Source of the DNA: Candidatus Lustribacter sp.
GTDB taxonomy: Bacteria; Vulcanimicrobiota; Vulcanimicrobiia; Vulcanimicrobiales; Vulcanimicrobiaceae
DNA: 64,000 nucleotides
Reading direction: 5' to 3'
Assembly (NCBI GenBank): GCA_965277805.1
Contig: OZ255842.1
Coordinates: 1,376,001-1,440,000 of the forward strand
Shown: piece after piece, positions 28,928 through 38,242 of the stretch
Position numbering within the stretch: the stretch's first letter is position 1
How the letters are laid out: each line of letters begins with the position of its first letter
Notes under the pieces: generated by a model
The model's input: the letters and a program-made list of their open reading frames with translations, nothing else
The model's database searches: none
What the model was told of the DNA's origin: nothing
Translations under genes and position numbers: made by a program

Positions 28928-29119
28928 GTGCCGCTGATCCAAGTTGTCGTCGCTCTGATCGTCGTGGGAGTTCTGCTCGGGCTGATCAACCGCTACATTC
29001 CGATGGCCGACTCCATCAAGTCGATCTTGAACGCGGTCGTCGTCATCGCGGTGGTCATTTGGCTGCTTCAACTTTTCGGGCTCTGGAGCTACATCACGCA
29101 CTTCCGCGTCGGCAGTTAG
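28928..29119 (+). CDS. Small two-helix membrane protein (Thivi_2564-like)
   Basis: AAGGAGA SD; LIVVGVLL.LINRYIPM..SIKSILNAVVVI. Confidence 0.8.
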   Translation: MPLIQVVVALIVVGVLLGLINRYIPMADSIKSILNAVVVIAVVIWLLQLFGLWSYITHFRVGS

Positions 29120-29135
29120 CGCAGAATCCGGGGTC

Positions 29136-29669
29136 GTGATGAGCCGGCTGCCCGACCCCGGCTCCGCGGCGCTGACGCCGGCGCAACGCGCGATACTCGA
29201 TCGGCGCGGCGGACGCGCCGCCGGGCCGAGTGCGGTGTTGATGTGGGTGCCGGAAATCGCCGTCCCCGCGGATGCGCTTATAACGATGTTGCGCAACGGC
29301 AAGCTGGACCGGCGGCTGTATCGCGTGATGTGCATGACGATCGCGCGGCGCTGGAGCGCAGACTACGTGTTCAACTTGCACCAAGCGGGAGCGCTGGAAG
29401 CCGGCGTGCCGCCGGCCGTCGTCGAGGCGATCCGTGTGCGCGCGTTGCCGCCCTTCACCCGCGACGACGAGCGCCTCGTCTACGAACTCGTCACGGAGCT
29501 GCTCGACACGCACCAGCTCTCCGCCGCGGCGTACGCGGCCGCGATCGCAACGATGGGGCTCGAAAATACGATCGAGCTGGTGACGGGCATCGGCATCTAC
29601 AGCACGATCTGCATGCTCTTGCGAGCCTTCGACGTCACGGTCCCGGAAGGTGAACGCCAACTCCCTTAA
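29136..29669 (+). CDS. Carboxymuconolactone decarboxylase-like protein
   Basis: GP...LMWVPE, ARRWSADYVFNLH, ALEAG, ELVTGIGIY; paralog of 19607-20152. Confidence 0.83.
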   Translation: MMSRLPDPGSAALTPAQRAILDRRGGRAAGPSAVLMWVPEIAVPADALITMLRNGKLDRRLYRVMCMTIARRWSADYVFNLHQAGALEAGVPPAVVEAIRVRALPPFTRDDERLVYELVTELLDTHQLSAAAYAAAIATMGLENTIELVTGIGIYSTICMLLRAFDVTVPEGERQLP

Positions 29670-29682
29670 AACCGGGCCGTCA

Positions 29683-30342
29683 ATGCGCATCACGGTTTCG
29701 GCGGCGATGTCGATCGACGGCTACATCGCGGATACGTCACCCGAGCGGCTCCGGCTCTCGAGCACTGAGGACTTCGCCGATATGCGTCGCGCGCGCGCAG
29801 AGCACGATGCGATTCTCGTCGGCGCCGAGACCGTGCGGCGCGACAATCCCGCCCTGTTGCTCGAGGACTCCGTAGCGCAACCCGCGCGCGTGACCGTCAC
29901 TCGGTCCGGCGTGCTGGCGCTCGATTCCCGTTTCTTCAGCGGCGGTGCGCGGACCATCGTGCTTGCGCCGGCCGGCACCGCACGCGCGCTGGAAGGTGTG
30001 CTCGCGGGGAAGGCCGAGGTCGCCGTCTTGGAAACTGACGAGCCGGCCGCGATCGTTCGTGCATTGCACGCTCTCGGCATCGCCTCGCTCTTCGTCGAGG
30101 GTGGCACGCGCGTGCTCACGGCTTTTTTGGCGGCCGGCCTCTTTCACGAATTGCGGCTCGCAATCGCGCCGTTTTTCGTCGGCGTTGCGGCTGCGCCGCG
30201 GATCGTCGGCCCGGCTGCGTTCGTTCACAATAAAAATCACCGTCTCGAACTCATCGACGCCCGTGCCTGCGGCGACACGGCGGTGCAGCGTTTTCGCAAT
30301 CCCGACATCGGCGTGATTTGTGAGCGACTCGGACTTTCTTGA
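29683..30342 (+). CDS. RibD C-terminal reductase-like (DHFR-fold) protein
   Basis: AMSIDGYI, RAEHDAILVGAETVRRDNP, LFVEGG. Confidence 0.88.
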   Translation: MRITVSAAMSIDGYIADTSPERLRLSSTEDFADMRRARAEHDAILVGAETVRRDNPALLLEDSVAQPARVTVTRSGVLALDSRFFSGGARTIVLAPAGTARALEGVLAGKAEVAVLETDEPAAIVRALHALGIASLFVEGGTRVLTAFLAAGLFHELRLAIAPFFVGVAAAPRIVGPAAFVHNKNHRLELIDARACGDTAVQRFRNPDIGVICERLGLS

Positions 30343-30712
30343 GCAGGCGATCGCGCTCTCAGCGCTCGCGCCGCCGTCGGAGGAGGCGTTTGCCGTGGGC
30401 TGCGTTATCGTCGACGCCGGCGGCGTGCCGATCGCAACCGGTTACAGTCGCGAACTCGGACCGCACTGGCACGCAGAAGAAGTCGCGCTTTCCAAAGCCG
30501 CCGGCATCCCGCTCACGGCGGCCACGCTGTATTCCTCGCTCGAACCGTGCAGCACGCGCAAGTCGCGCCCCGTTTCGTGCACGCAGCTGATCATCGAGGC
30601 GGGCATCCCGCGGGTCGTGTTCGGCGAGCGCGAACCGCCGACGTTCGTCGATTGCTGCGGCGCAGAGTTACTGGCGGCCGCCGGCGTCGAGGTCGTGGAG
30701 ATGCCCGGCTAG
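30320..30712 (+). CDS. RibD N-terminal-like zinc deaminase
   Basis: VGCVIV, HAEE, YSSLEPC...SC, AGIPRVV. Confidence 0.88.
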   Translation: MSDSDFLEQAIALSALAPPSEEAFAVGCVIVDAGGVPIATGYSRELGPHWHAEEVALSKAAGIPLTAATLYSSLEPCSTRKSRPVSCTQLIIEAGIPRVVFGEREPPTFVDCCGAELLAAAGVEVVEMPG

Positions 30713-30731
30713 TCGAGTTCACTGGATGAAA

Positions 30732-30774
30732 CAACACAGCAATTATTGACACGTGTTGGCTTTCGATGCACGAT
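30732..30774 (+). promoter_or_regulatory. Sigma70-like promoter with overlapping imperfect palindrome (candidate IclR operator)
   Basis: TTGACA (30746-51)-N17-CACGAT; CAACAC-AG-CAATTATTG-ACAC-GTGTTG spans the -35; AT-rich relative to flanks. Confidence 0.6.
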
Positions 30775-30817
30775 ATGTCTACCGCCGCCGCGTCGCCTTT
30801 TGGAAGGTTTGGTGCAT

Positions 30818-31540
30818 ATGATCGCCACTGCCCAGCGCCCGGAACTCGTTGAAAAGCTTTCGAGCGAGCTGACCGCCCTGGCCATCGCGCAGTTCACGAG
30901 CCCGGAGTTTGAGCTGTACTTCAGCACCCCGCTGACGATGGACCGGGCGAAGTTCAACGCCATCCAAATGGTGTTCTACAATAACAACCGGCGCGAGGGC
31001 TGGGCGTTCGTTCAGGCACGGGCGCCGTGGGCAGTGAAACAAGCAATCTGGCACCACGAAGAGGACGAACTCTTCCACGACCCGCGCGCCGGCACCGACC
31101 ATCGCATCCTGATGTCGACCGAGGCCATCGCGCTCGGCGCAACAGACGCCGAGGTGTGGGCCGCCGAACCGACGCCGCTGATCGAAGCCGTGTTTGCGGG
31201 CTGGAACAGCATGAACGCGACCGATCCGTGGCTCGCCGCGCTCACGGGCTCGCACTTCCTCGAACGGCGCAACAACAGCAATCTCATTCCCGGCGGTGCG
31301 ATGTCGATGCGCTGGCGCAACAAGCTCGTCAAAGAACTCGGCGTCGCGCAAGACTCGCTCAAGTCGAGCAACGTGCACATCGTCGCCGATGTCGATCACT
31401 CCGATGCCATTTGGGACGCGGTCGCCGGCGGCATTTGCTCCGAATACGACTACGAAACGGCCCTGGCCGGCGCGCGCAAGGCCGCGCGTCTCGACCGCGC
31501 GTTTCGCGGCGCGCTCGCCTACGAGATGCGGGTCCGCTAG
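30818..31540 (+). CDS. Heme-oxygenase-like diiron oxidase (CADD/PqqC/TenA superfamily)
   Basis: HHEEDE...TDH, FLE, and H-x3-D-x2-H (VHIVADVDH) match the CADD-type ligand set; 240 aa. Confidence 0.75.
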   Translation: MIATAQRPELVEKLSSELTALAIAQFTSPEFELYFSTPLTMDRAKFNAIQMVFYNNNRREGWAFVQARAPWAVKQAIWHHEEDELFHDPRAGTDHRILMSTEAIALGATDAEVWAAEPTPLIEAVFAGWNSMNATDPWLAALTGSHFLERRNNSNLIPGGAMSMRWRNKLVKELGVAQDSLKSSNVHIVADVDHSDAIWDAVAGGICSEYDYETALAGARKAARLDRAFRGALAYEMRVR

Positions 31541-31542
31541 AC

Positions 31543-32550
31543 GTGGCGGGCGTCTCCCGCGCAGCGCTGCTCGGGGCCGGCGCGGCGGCTGCGCTGTCGA
31601 CCGCATGGGCACCGATCGCCCGGGCGGCAGCACCCTACGGCAAGCCGGAAACGGCTAACCTGAAGGTCGGCATTCCGCTCGACGCCACGTCGTATCTGCC
31701 CGTGTACTTGGCCGCGCAAACGACGTGGAAAGAGGCCGGGCTGAACGTCGAGCTGTTCGCCTTTCGCGGTGACGCGGAATCGTCGCAAGCATTGGCGGGC
31801 GATTCGATCGACGTCGATTGCGGATCGCTCTCGGGTTTGGTGAACGTGATTACGTCGGGGCAGCCGGTCATCGGCATTTACGGCGGTTTCAACGCGGCCG
31901 GCTTTTCGTGGTACGCGCAGCCCAACATGAAGTCGTGGAACGACGTGCGCGGCAAGTCGCTCGGCGTCTCGACCTTCGGTTCGACGACCGACGCGCTGAC
32001 GCGCTACGTGTTGCACCGCCACGGCATCGATCCCGAGAAAGACGCGCATCTCGTGCCGGTCGGCAACAACGTCAGCCAGTACCAGGCGTTGCAATCGAAC
32101 CGCACGCAAGTTGCGATGATCTCGGCGCCGGCCTCGTGGCAAGCGCAGGCCGCCGGCTACACGCTGCTGGGAACGCAGACGCGTGAGGTCGCCCCCGCCT
32201 GGCCCGAGCATATCTATTCGGTGAAGACGAAGTTCCTGGCCGCGAACCGCAATACGCTGGCAGCGCTGCTGCGGGGCCACGTCGCTGCTCTGCGGCTCGC
32301 GAAGGCCAACCGCGCGGCCGCGGTCCAGATCTTCATCGACCGGCTGAAGTACACGCCGGAATACGCATCGCGCTCGTACGACGAGCTGATGCCGACCTAC
32401 GATGAACGCGGCCGTCTCCCGGACCGTTCGATGAAAGTATTCTGGGATATCCTCGTGCACAACGGCGACGTCAAAGCGCCGATGCCGGACAGCGCAATCC
32501 TCGACCGTCAGTTCGTCGACTCGTTCGCGCAGTGGGCGCCGCCGGCGTAG
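31543..32550 (+). CDS. SsuA/TauA-like ABC solute-binding protein (subfamily C)
   Basis: GTG 31543; VSRAALL...ARA signal; FRGDAE..QAL, GVSTFGSTTD. Confidence 0.88.
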   Translation: MAGVSRAALLGAGAAAALSTAWAPIARAAAPYGKPETANLKVGIPLDATSYLPVYLAAQTTWKEAGLNVELFAFRGDAESSQALAGDSIDVDCGSLSGLVNVITSGQPVIGIYGGFNAAGFSWYAQPNMKSWNDVRGKSLGVSTFGSTTDALTRYVLHRHGIDPEKDAHLVPVGNNVSQYQALQSNRTQVAMISAPASWQAQAAGYTLLGTQTREVAPAWPEHIYSVKTKFLAANRNTLAALLRGHVAALRLAKANRAAAVQIFIDRLKYTPEYASRSYDELMPTYDERGRLPDRSMKVFWDILVHNGDVKAPMPDSAILDRQFVDSFAQWAPPA

Positions 32551-33372
32551 GTGATCGCGAAACCGCTACCGGAGCGCGATCCGGCCGACGAAGGACCGAT
32601 CGGGACGCTGGCGCGAGGATTACACGTTCTCTCGCGCGTTGCCGCAGCCCGTGGGCCGATCGGCGTGACCGAGCTCGCGCAGCGCTCGCAACTTGACAAG
32701 GCCACCACCTATCGCCTTGCGTGCAAGCTCGTCACGCTCGGCTATCTCGAGCGCGACGAAGACGGCAAATTTCACCTCAGCCTGCACGTGCTCGACCTCG
32801 GCTTCGCCTATTTGGCCTCGCTCGATCTGCGCACCCAAGCGCTGCCCGAAATGCGGCGGCTGCACGACGAGTATGACGGCGCGATCACGCTCTCGGTGCT
32901 CGACCAGACCGACATCGTCTACGTCGAACGCATCTCGCCGAAGGGCCTGCAGGCGAGCATGCCCGTCGGCGTCGGGGCGCGGCTGCCAGTGCACTGCACC
33001 GCAATGGGCAAGGTGATCCTTGCGAATATCGCTCCCGAGCGGCTGGCGCCGTTGCTCGAGCGCATGGAGTTCACGCAGTGGACGCAGCGCACGATCGGAA
33101 CGCGGGCCGCGTTCGAAGCCGAATTGGAGCGCACGCGCGCGCGCGGCTTCGGCCTGATCGATCAAGAGATGATCGAAGGGCTGCGCGCGGTGGCGAGCCC
33201 GATTTTCGACCGGCACGGTACGCCGATTGCGGCGCTCTCGGTTGCGTTGCCGGTCCAAGCCTGTAGTCTCGACCACCTCCTGGGTAGCGTTGGTCCGCGC
33301 GTCGTAACAGCCGGAAAGATCGTTTCATCTCATCTCGGCGCCGAAGGGGTTCGGCCGCCGGGGTTTCACTGA
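32551..33372 (+). CDS. IclR-family regulator (PcaR/PobR-like)
   Basis: LARGLHVL, KATTYRL, GARLPVHCTAMGKVILA, RARGF...DQE. Confidence 0.93.
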   Translation: MIAKPLPERDPADEGPIGTLARGLHVLSRVAAARGPIGVTELAQRSQLDKATTYRLACKLVTLGYLERDEDGKFHLSLHVLDLGFAYLASLDLRTQALPEMRRLHDEYDGAITLSVLDQTDIVYVERISPKGLQASMPVGVGARLPVHCTAMGKVILANIAPERLAPLLERMEFTQWTQRTIGTRAAFEAELERTRARGFGLIDQEMIEGLRAVASPIFDRHGTPIAALSVALPVQACSLDHLLGSVGPRVVTAGKIVSSHLGAEGVRPPGFH

Positions 33373-33383
33373 CGGAGCACGGT

Positions 33384-34514
33384 ATGGTTGATCTCGCGGC
33401 CGATCTCGAATTACGTCTGACGCGGGTGCAGAGCGCCATGCGCGCGGCCGCGCTCGACGGGCTCGTCATCTATTACGGCGGGCAGCACAACATGCTGCGC
33501 ATGGATCAGATCGCATACCTGACGGATTATCGCACTCTGGGGCCGGCGGTACTCGCCGTGCCGCGCGAGGGCATTCCGGAACTGATCATGTCGCCGGTGT
33601 GGGATGCCGAACGCGCTGAGGAAACCAAAGCGCGCGTGCGCGTCACCGCGGTTACGCCCGACCGCTTGCTCCAAACCGGCGCCGCCGTGGCGAAGACGCT
33701 GCCCGGACGCATCGGTCTCTCCGGCCGTCCGGTCATGCCGATTGCCGCGTTCGACGAGTTTTCGCGCGCGTACGGCGGCGAGCTGCTCGACGGCGAGACG
33801 ATCGTGACCACGGTCGGCGCGACGCGCACGCCGGGCGAACTCGAACGGGTCGAGCACGCCGCGAAGATCGCCGATCAGGGCTTCGAAGCGCTGCGCGAAA
33901 CGGTGCACGTCGGCATGCGCGAGTACGAATTGGCGGCCGAGATCGAGGCCGTGATGCACGCCGCGGGCGCCGAGGACAACTTCGGCTTGATCGCTGCCGG
34001 TTCGCACAACGTGGCCATCCGGCCGCCGACCGATCGCCGGCTCGAAGAAGGCGACGTAATCATCGGCGAGATCACGCCCTGCTATCGCGGCTATCTGGCG
34101 CAACTTTGCCGCACGTATATTTTGGGCGAACCGACCGACATCCAGCGTTCGACCTACGACATGCTGCTGGCCGCGCTGGTCGAGGGAAAAACCGCCGCGA
34201 AGCCGGGCCGGCCGAGTGCCGAGATCGCGCGCGCGATCAACGGCGTGATCGGCGCTGCCGGTTACGAAGAGTATTGCAAGCCGCCGTACATGCGCACGCG
34301 CGGTCACGGCCTGGGCCTCGGGGGTGTTGTTCCCTACGATATCACCGACGGCGCGAGCCCGAAGCTCGAGTGCAACATGACGATGGTGATCCATCCCAAC
34401 CAGTACGTTCCGGAAACCGGCTACATGATGTGCGGCGATACGGTCGTCATCGAAGAGAACGGCCCGCGCGCGCTCACCAAAACGCCGCTCAAGCTATACT
34501 GGAAAGAAGCGTAG
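33384..34514 (+). CDS. M24 (aminopeptidase P/creatinase) fold protein with altered metal site
   Basis: Creatinase-N-like start; GMREYELAAE, RRLEEGD, GYLAQLCRT, GHGLG, MVIHP, GDTVVI. Confidence 0.85.
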   Translation: MVDLAADLELRLTRVQSAMRAAALDGLVIYYGGQHNMLRMDQIAYLTDYRTLGPAVLAVPREGIPELIMSPVWDAERAEETKARVRVTAVTPDRLLQTGAAVAKTLPGRIGLSGRPVMPIAAFDEFSRAYGGELLDGETIVTTVGATRTPGELERVEHAAKIADQGFEALRETVHVGMREYELAAEIEAVMHAAGAEDNFGLIAAGSHNVAIRPPTDRRLEEGDVIIGEITPCYRGYLAQLCRTYILGEPTDIQRSTYDMLLAALVEGKTAAKPGRPSAEIARAINGVIGAAGYEEYCKPPYMRTRGHGLGLGGVVPYDITDGASPKLECNMTMVIHPNQYVPETGYMMCGDTVVIEENGPRALTKTPLKLYWKEA

Positions 34515-34518
34515 CTTC

Positions 34519-35667
34519 GTGCAAACCCTGCATACCGTACTCAAGCACGGCGGCTTGTTTTCGGATTGGGACCTGCTGCCGCGGCCGATGTTCGAAGGAC
34601 GCTACGCACGCATCCAAGCGGCCATCGCGGCCAGCGGCGACGATGCGTGGGTGATCTACGGCGATGCGCAGCGCTATGGCGACATCGCCTATGCGAGCCA
34701 TTTCGTGCCCCGTTTACGTTCCGTGCTCGTGCTGATTCCGAAGACCGGCAAGCCCGATCTGCTGGCGAGCATCGGTTCGCGCGACATCCCCGCATCGAAG
34801 ATCCTGACCTGGTTCGAGGAGATGCGACCGTACACGCGGTTGCCGGGCGAAGCCGTGAAGCTGATCAACGACCGGAATCTCAGCGCGGCGCGCATCGGGC
34901 TCGTCGGCACGCGCGTGTCGCTGCCGATCGCCGAATGGGACGCGATCGCGGCGGAGTTGCCCAACGTCACGTGGACGGAGCGCGATGCGGAGTTCGCCGA
35001 ACTGCGCCGCACGAAAGATGCGGCGGAAGATCTCGCCTTGCGCCGCACGGCCGAAGCCGTCGCCGCCGGGATGCGGGTTGCCGAGCACGCGCTGCGGCCG
35101 GGCCGCACCGTGCGCGAAGCGACGGCCGAGATCGATCGCGAACTGCGTTTCGCGGCCGCCGAAGACATCCGGATCATGATTGCGAGCGGCGCCGCCGCCG
35201 GCGTCGGCCTGCGGCCACCCGACGAACGCATGCTGCACGAAGGCGACACGGTGTTGCTGCACATTCAGCTCGAAGTGCAGCGCTACTGGTCGCAGGCCTC
35301 GCGCACGTTCGTGCTCGGAGATGCCTCGGGTTTGCAATCCAGCTTGACGGCGCATGCGGACGCGGCGCTGGCGGCAATGATCGCGCACGTCGCCGGCGGC
35401 GTTGCTGCGTCGGTCGTGGCGGCCGCCGCAAAGACGGCGCTCGGCGATGAGCTCTTTGCCGTAGCCCACGAATACGGTCTGGGTTCGGGGATCGGGCTCG
35501 ACGCGCACGAACCGCCCACGATCGCCATCGATTCAAACGAGGCGATCCCGAACGACGGCGCGCTCTCGCTGCACGTCGTGCTGCACGAAGACGGCTACGG
35601 CGCCATCGCCGGCAACACCGTACTGATTCGCAAAGGCGTTGCCACCGTGTTAGGAGCATCCGCATGA
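34519..35667 (+). CDS. M24-fold protein lacking canonical metal ligands
   Basis: LRRTKD, LRPGRT, EGDTVLLH, YWSQASRT, GSGIGLDAHEPP, GNTVLI. Confidence 0.82.
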   Translation: MQTLHTVLKHGGLFSDWDLLPRPMFEGRYARIQAAIAASGDDAWVIYGDAQRYGDIAYASHFVPRLRSVLVLIPKTGKPDLLASIGSRDIPASKILTWFEEMRPYTRLPGEAVKLINDRNLSAARIGLVGTRVSLPIAEWDAIAAELPNVTWTERDAEFAELRRTKDAAEDLALRRTAEAVAAGMRVAEHALRPGRTVREATAEIDRELRFAAAEDIRIMIASGAAAGVGLRPPDERMLHEGDTVLLHIQLEVQRYWSQASRTFVLGDASGLQSSLTAHADAALAAMIAHVAGGVAASVVAAAAKTALGDELFAVAHEYGLGSGIGLDAHEPPTIAIDSNEAIPNDGALSLHVVLHEDGYGAIAGNTVLIRKGVATVLGASA

Positions 35668-36653
35668 TCACACGCCGCGAGCTCATCGCTGCCGGGTTGT
35701 CCGCCGGCGCGCTGGGCGCGCTGGGCCGTCCGGCCGCGGCTGCATTCCCGCCGCCCGAACAGTCCAGCATCAAGGTCGGCACCGCGGTGACGGCGATGTC
35801 GTTTCTGCCGGTGTACGTCGCTTATGCGCGGACGTGGAAAGCGCAGGGGCTCGACGTGCAGCTCTTCCAGTTCCGCGGCGATGCGGAAGTTGCGCAAGCG
35901 CTGGTCGGCGGATCGATCGACGTGAGCTTCGGCTCGCTCAACGGCGTGATCAACATGATCTCATCGAACCAGCCGGTGATCGGGTTTTACGGCGGCTTCC
36001 AGCAAGCCGATTTCTCGTGGCTCGCGCAGCCGAGCGTCAAGCACTGGGGTGACATGAAGGGCAAGTCGGTCGGCATCTCGACCTACGGCTCGCTGACCGA
36101 CGCGCTCACCCGTTATGCGATTCGCCACAACAAACTCGATCCGGAGAAGGACGTGCAGGTCGCGCAGGTCGGCACGACCGCAAATACCTATCAGGCGCTG
36201 AAGTCGGGCCGCATCGGTGCCGGCATCCTTTCGCCGCCGTTCAGCTGGCAAGCGCAAGACGAAGGCTTCACGCTGATCGGCACGCAGAAGACCGACGTCG
36301 CGCCGAAATGGCCGAAGCATCTGATCAGCGCGAAGACCGCGTTCATCAACGCCAACCCGCACACGTGCGAAGCCGTGCTCCGCGGACACGTCGCCGCATT
36401 GCGTCTCGCGCACAAAGATCGCGAAGGCACGGCCCAAATCATGGTGGACCAGCTCAAGATCACGAAAGAGTTCGCCCTGCGCGCGGTCGACGTGGAGCTG
36501 CCGGATTACGACGAGCACGGCCTCATGCCGGAGAAGTCGATGCCGGTGTTCTGGGATATCACGAAGCAGCTGGGCGATGTGACGAGCGCGTGGGATGAGA
36601 ACAAGTACCTCGATCACCGGTTTATGAACTCGTTCAAGACGTGGGCCCCCTGA
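35664..36653 (+). CDS. SsuA/TauA-like ABC solute-binding protein (subfamily C), Tat signal
   Basis: MITRRELI; FRGDAE..QAL; close paralog of 31543-32550. Confidence 0.92.
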   Translation: MITRRELIAAGLSAGALGALGRPAAAAFPPPEQSSIKVGTAVTAMSFLPVYVAYARTWKAQGLDVQLFQFRGDAEVAQALVGGSIDVSFGSLNGVINMISSNQPVIGFYGGFQQADFSWLAQPSVKHWGDMKGKSVGISTYGSLTDALTRYAIRHNKLDPEKDVQVAQVGTTANTYQALKSGRIGAGILSPPFSWQAQDEGFTLIGTQKTDVAPKWPKHLISAKTAFINANPHTCEAVLRGHVAALRLAHKDREGTAQIMVDQLKITKEFALRAVDVELPDYDEHGLMPEKSMPVFWDITKQLGDVTSAWDENKYLDHRFMNSFKTWAP

Positions 36654-36662
36654 GGAGCATCC

Positions 36663-37484
36663 GTGGCGCATCTTGAGATCGATGGGGTCAGTCTCGCGTA
36701 TCCGAATGCGCGCGAGCACTCGACTTTTCTCGCGCTCGATTCCATCGGTCTCGGCGTCGAACGCGGCGAATTCATAACGATCGTCGGTCCGAGCGGCTGC
36801 GGCAAGAGCAGCCTGTTGATGCTCATCGCCGCGCTGCTGCAGCCGACCAGCGGCAGCATCCGGCTCAACGGGCAGCCCGTGGTCACGCCCGGATCGGATC
36901 GCGCGCTGGTCTTTCAAGACTTCGCGCTGCTGCCGTGGCGCACCGTGCTCAAGAACGTGGAGCTGGGACTCGAACTCAACGGCACGCCCGCGGCCGAACG
37001 GAAAGCGATTGCGCAAAAGTACATCGCAATGGTCGGTTTGCGCGAGTTCGAAAGTCACTTTCCGCATCAGCTCTCGGGCGGGATGCGCCAGCGCGTCGGC
37101 ATCGCGCGCGCGCTCAGCGTCGGCCCGGAAGTGCTCTTGATGGACGAGCCGTTCGGCGCGCTCGATGCGCAGATCCGTCAAGTGATGGCGGTCGAGCTGC
37201 TGAAGATCTGGGAGCGCGACCGTAAGACGATCGTGTTCATCACGCACGACATCGATGAGGCCGTGTTCCTGGCCGATCGCGTGATCGTGATGAGCGCTTC
37301 GCCGGGCCGCGTGATCGAGACGATACCGGTCGACCTGCCGCGTCCGCGACCGCTGACGCTGCGTAACCATCCCGATTTCGTGGCGTACCGCCAACGCATC
37401 TGGGATCTGCTCGAAGAGCAGGTCCGCTCTTCGCTCAACTGGCAGGCGAGCGATGAGGCGCCGCCTCTGGCTCCGGTGACGTGA
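36663..37484 (+). CDS. NitT/TauT-family ABC ATPase
   Basis: GPSGCGKS, FQDFALLPW, LSGGMRQR, LMDEPFGALD, ITHDIDEA. Confidence 0.95.
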   Translation: MAHLEIDGVSLAYPNAREHSTFLALDSIGLGVERGEFITIVGPSGCGKSSLLMLIAALLQPTSGSIRLNGQPVVTPGSDRALVFQDFALLPWRTVLKNVELGLELNGTPAAERKAIAQKYIAMVGLREFESHFPHQLSGGMRQRVGIARALSVGPEVLLMDEPFGALDAQIRQVMAVELLKIWERDRKTIVFITHDIDEAVFLADRVIVMSASPGRVIETIPVDLPRPRPLTLRNHPDFVAYRQRIWDLLEEQVRSSLNWQASDEAPPLAPVT

Positions 37485-38242
37485 GGCTCTCGCGCCGGCT
37501 GGTGGTCGGCTCGATCTCGGTGCTCGCGTTCCTCGCGCTGTGGCAGTTTGTCGGCCAGCGCGAGATCGTGCGTTCCGACTTGATCTCTTACCCGACCGAA
37601 GTGCTGGCCACGTTCGTTCACCTTACCTCGACGGGCGAGCTCGGGACGAACGCCGCGGTCACGTTGCAAGAGTTCATCGAAGGCTTCGTTCCGTCGGTCG
37701 TTATCGGCATCATATTCGGCGTCGCGCTGGCGTTGATCCGCCCGCTGCGCGAGTTGCTCGATCCGCTGCTGACCGCGATCTACAACGCGCCGGTGATCGC
37801 TTTCATTCCGATCCTCGTCGTGTGGTTCGGCGTCGGGACGTACTCCAAGATCGTGATCGTCTTTATCAGCGCGATCTTCCCGGTCATCATCAATACGCGC
37901 CTCGGCGTCTCGGAGATCGCCGAGCCGTGGCTGCGCGCGGTGCGCTCCTTCGGCGCCGGCCAGCTGCAGATCGTCACGAAGGTGATTCTGCCGGGTTCGA
38001 TGCCGGCGATCATGGCCGGTATTCGCCTCGGGCTCGGTCGCGCGATCGTCGGCTTAATCGCCGGCGAGATGTACGTTTCGCTCAGCGGCATCGGACGGAT
38101 GATTCAGGTCTACAGCAGCGCCGCGCGGTCTTCCGAGATCATCGTTTTGGTCGTCGTGATCGCCGTGTTCGGCTACGCGTGCGTCGCGCTCTTGCGGAGC
38201 GCGGAGAATCGATTGGGGACGTGGCGGTCGGATCTGGAGTAG
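37481..38242 (+). CDS. NitT/TauT-family ABC permease
   Basis: Hydrophobic; PVIAFIP...WFG, AVRSFGA, VILPGSMP..MAGIRLG. Confidence 0.93.
   Translation: MRLSRRLVVGSISVLAFLALWQFVGQREIVRSDLISYPTEVLATFVHLTSTGELGTNAAVTLQEFIEGFVPSVVIGIIFGVALALIRPLRELLDPLLTAIYNAPVIAFIPILVVWFGVGTYSKIVIVFISAIFPVIINTRLGVSEIAEPWLRAVRSFGAGQLQIVTKVILPGSMPAIMAGIRLGLGRAIVGLIAGEMYVSLSGIGRMIQVYSSAARSSEIIVLVVVIAVFGYACVALLRSAENRLGTWRSDLE

Noticed and set aside
29683-31540. A Chlamydia-like folate module (RibD-like genes plus CADD-like protein)
   Set aside because: A separate promoter and operator lie between them, no fol genes are present, and similarity to CADD that I can see is limited to metal ligands
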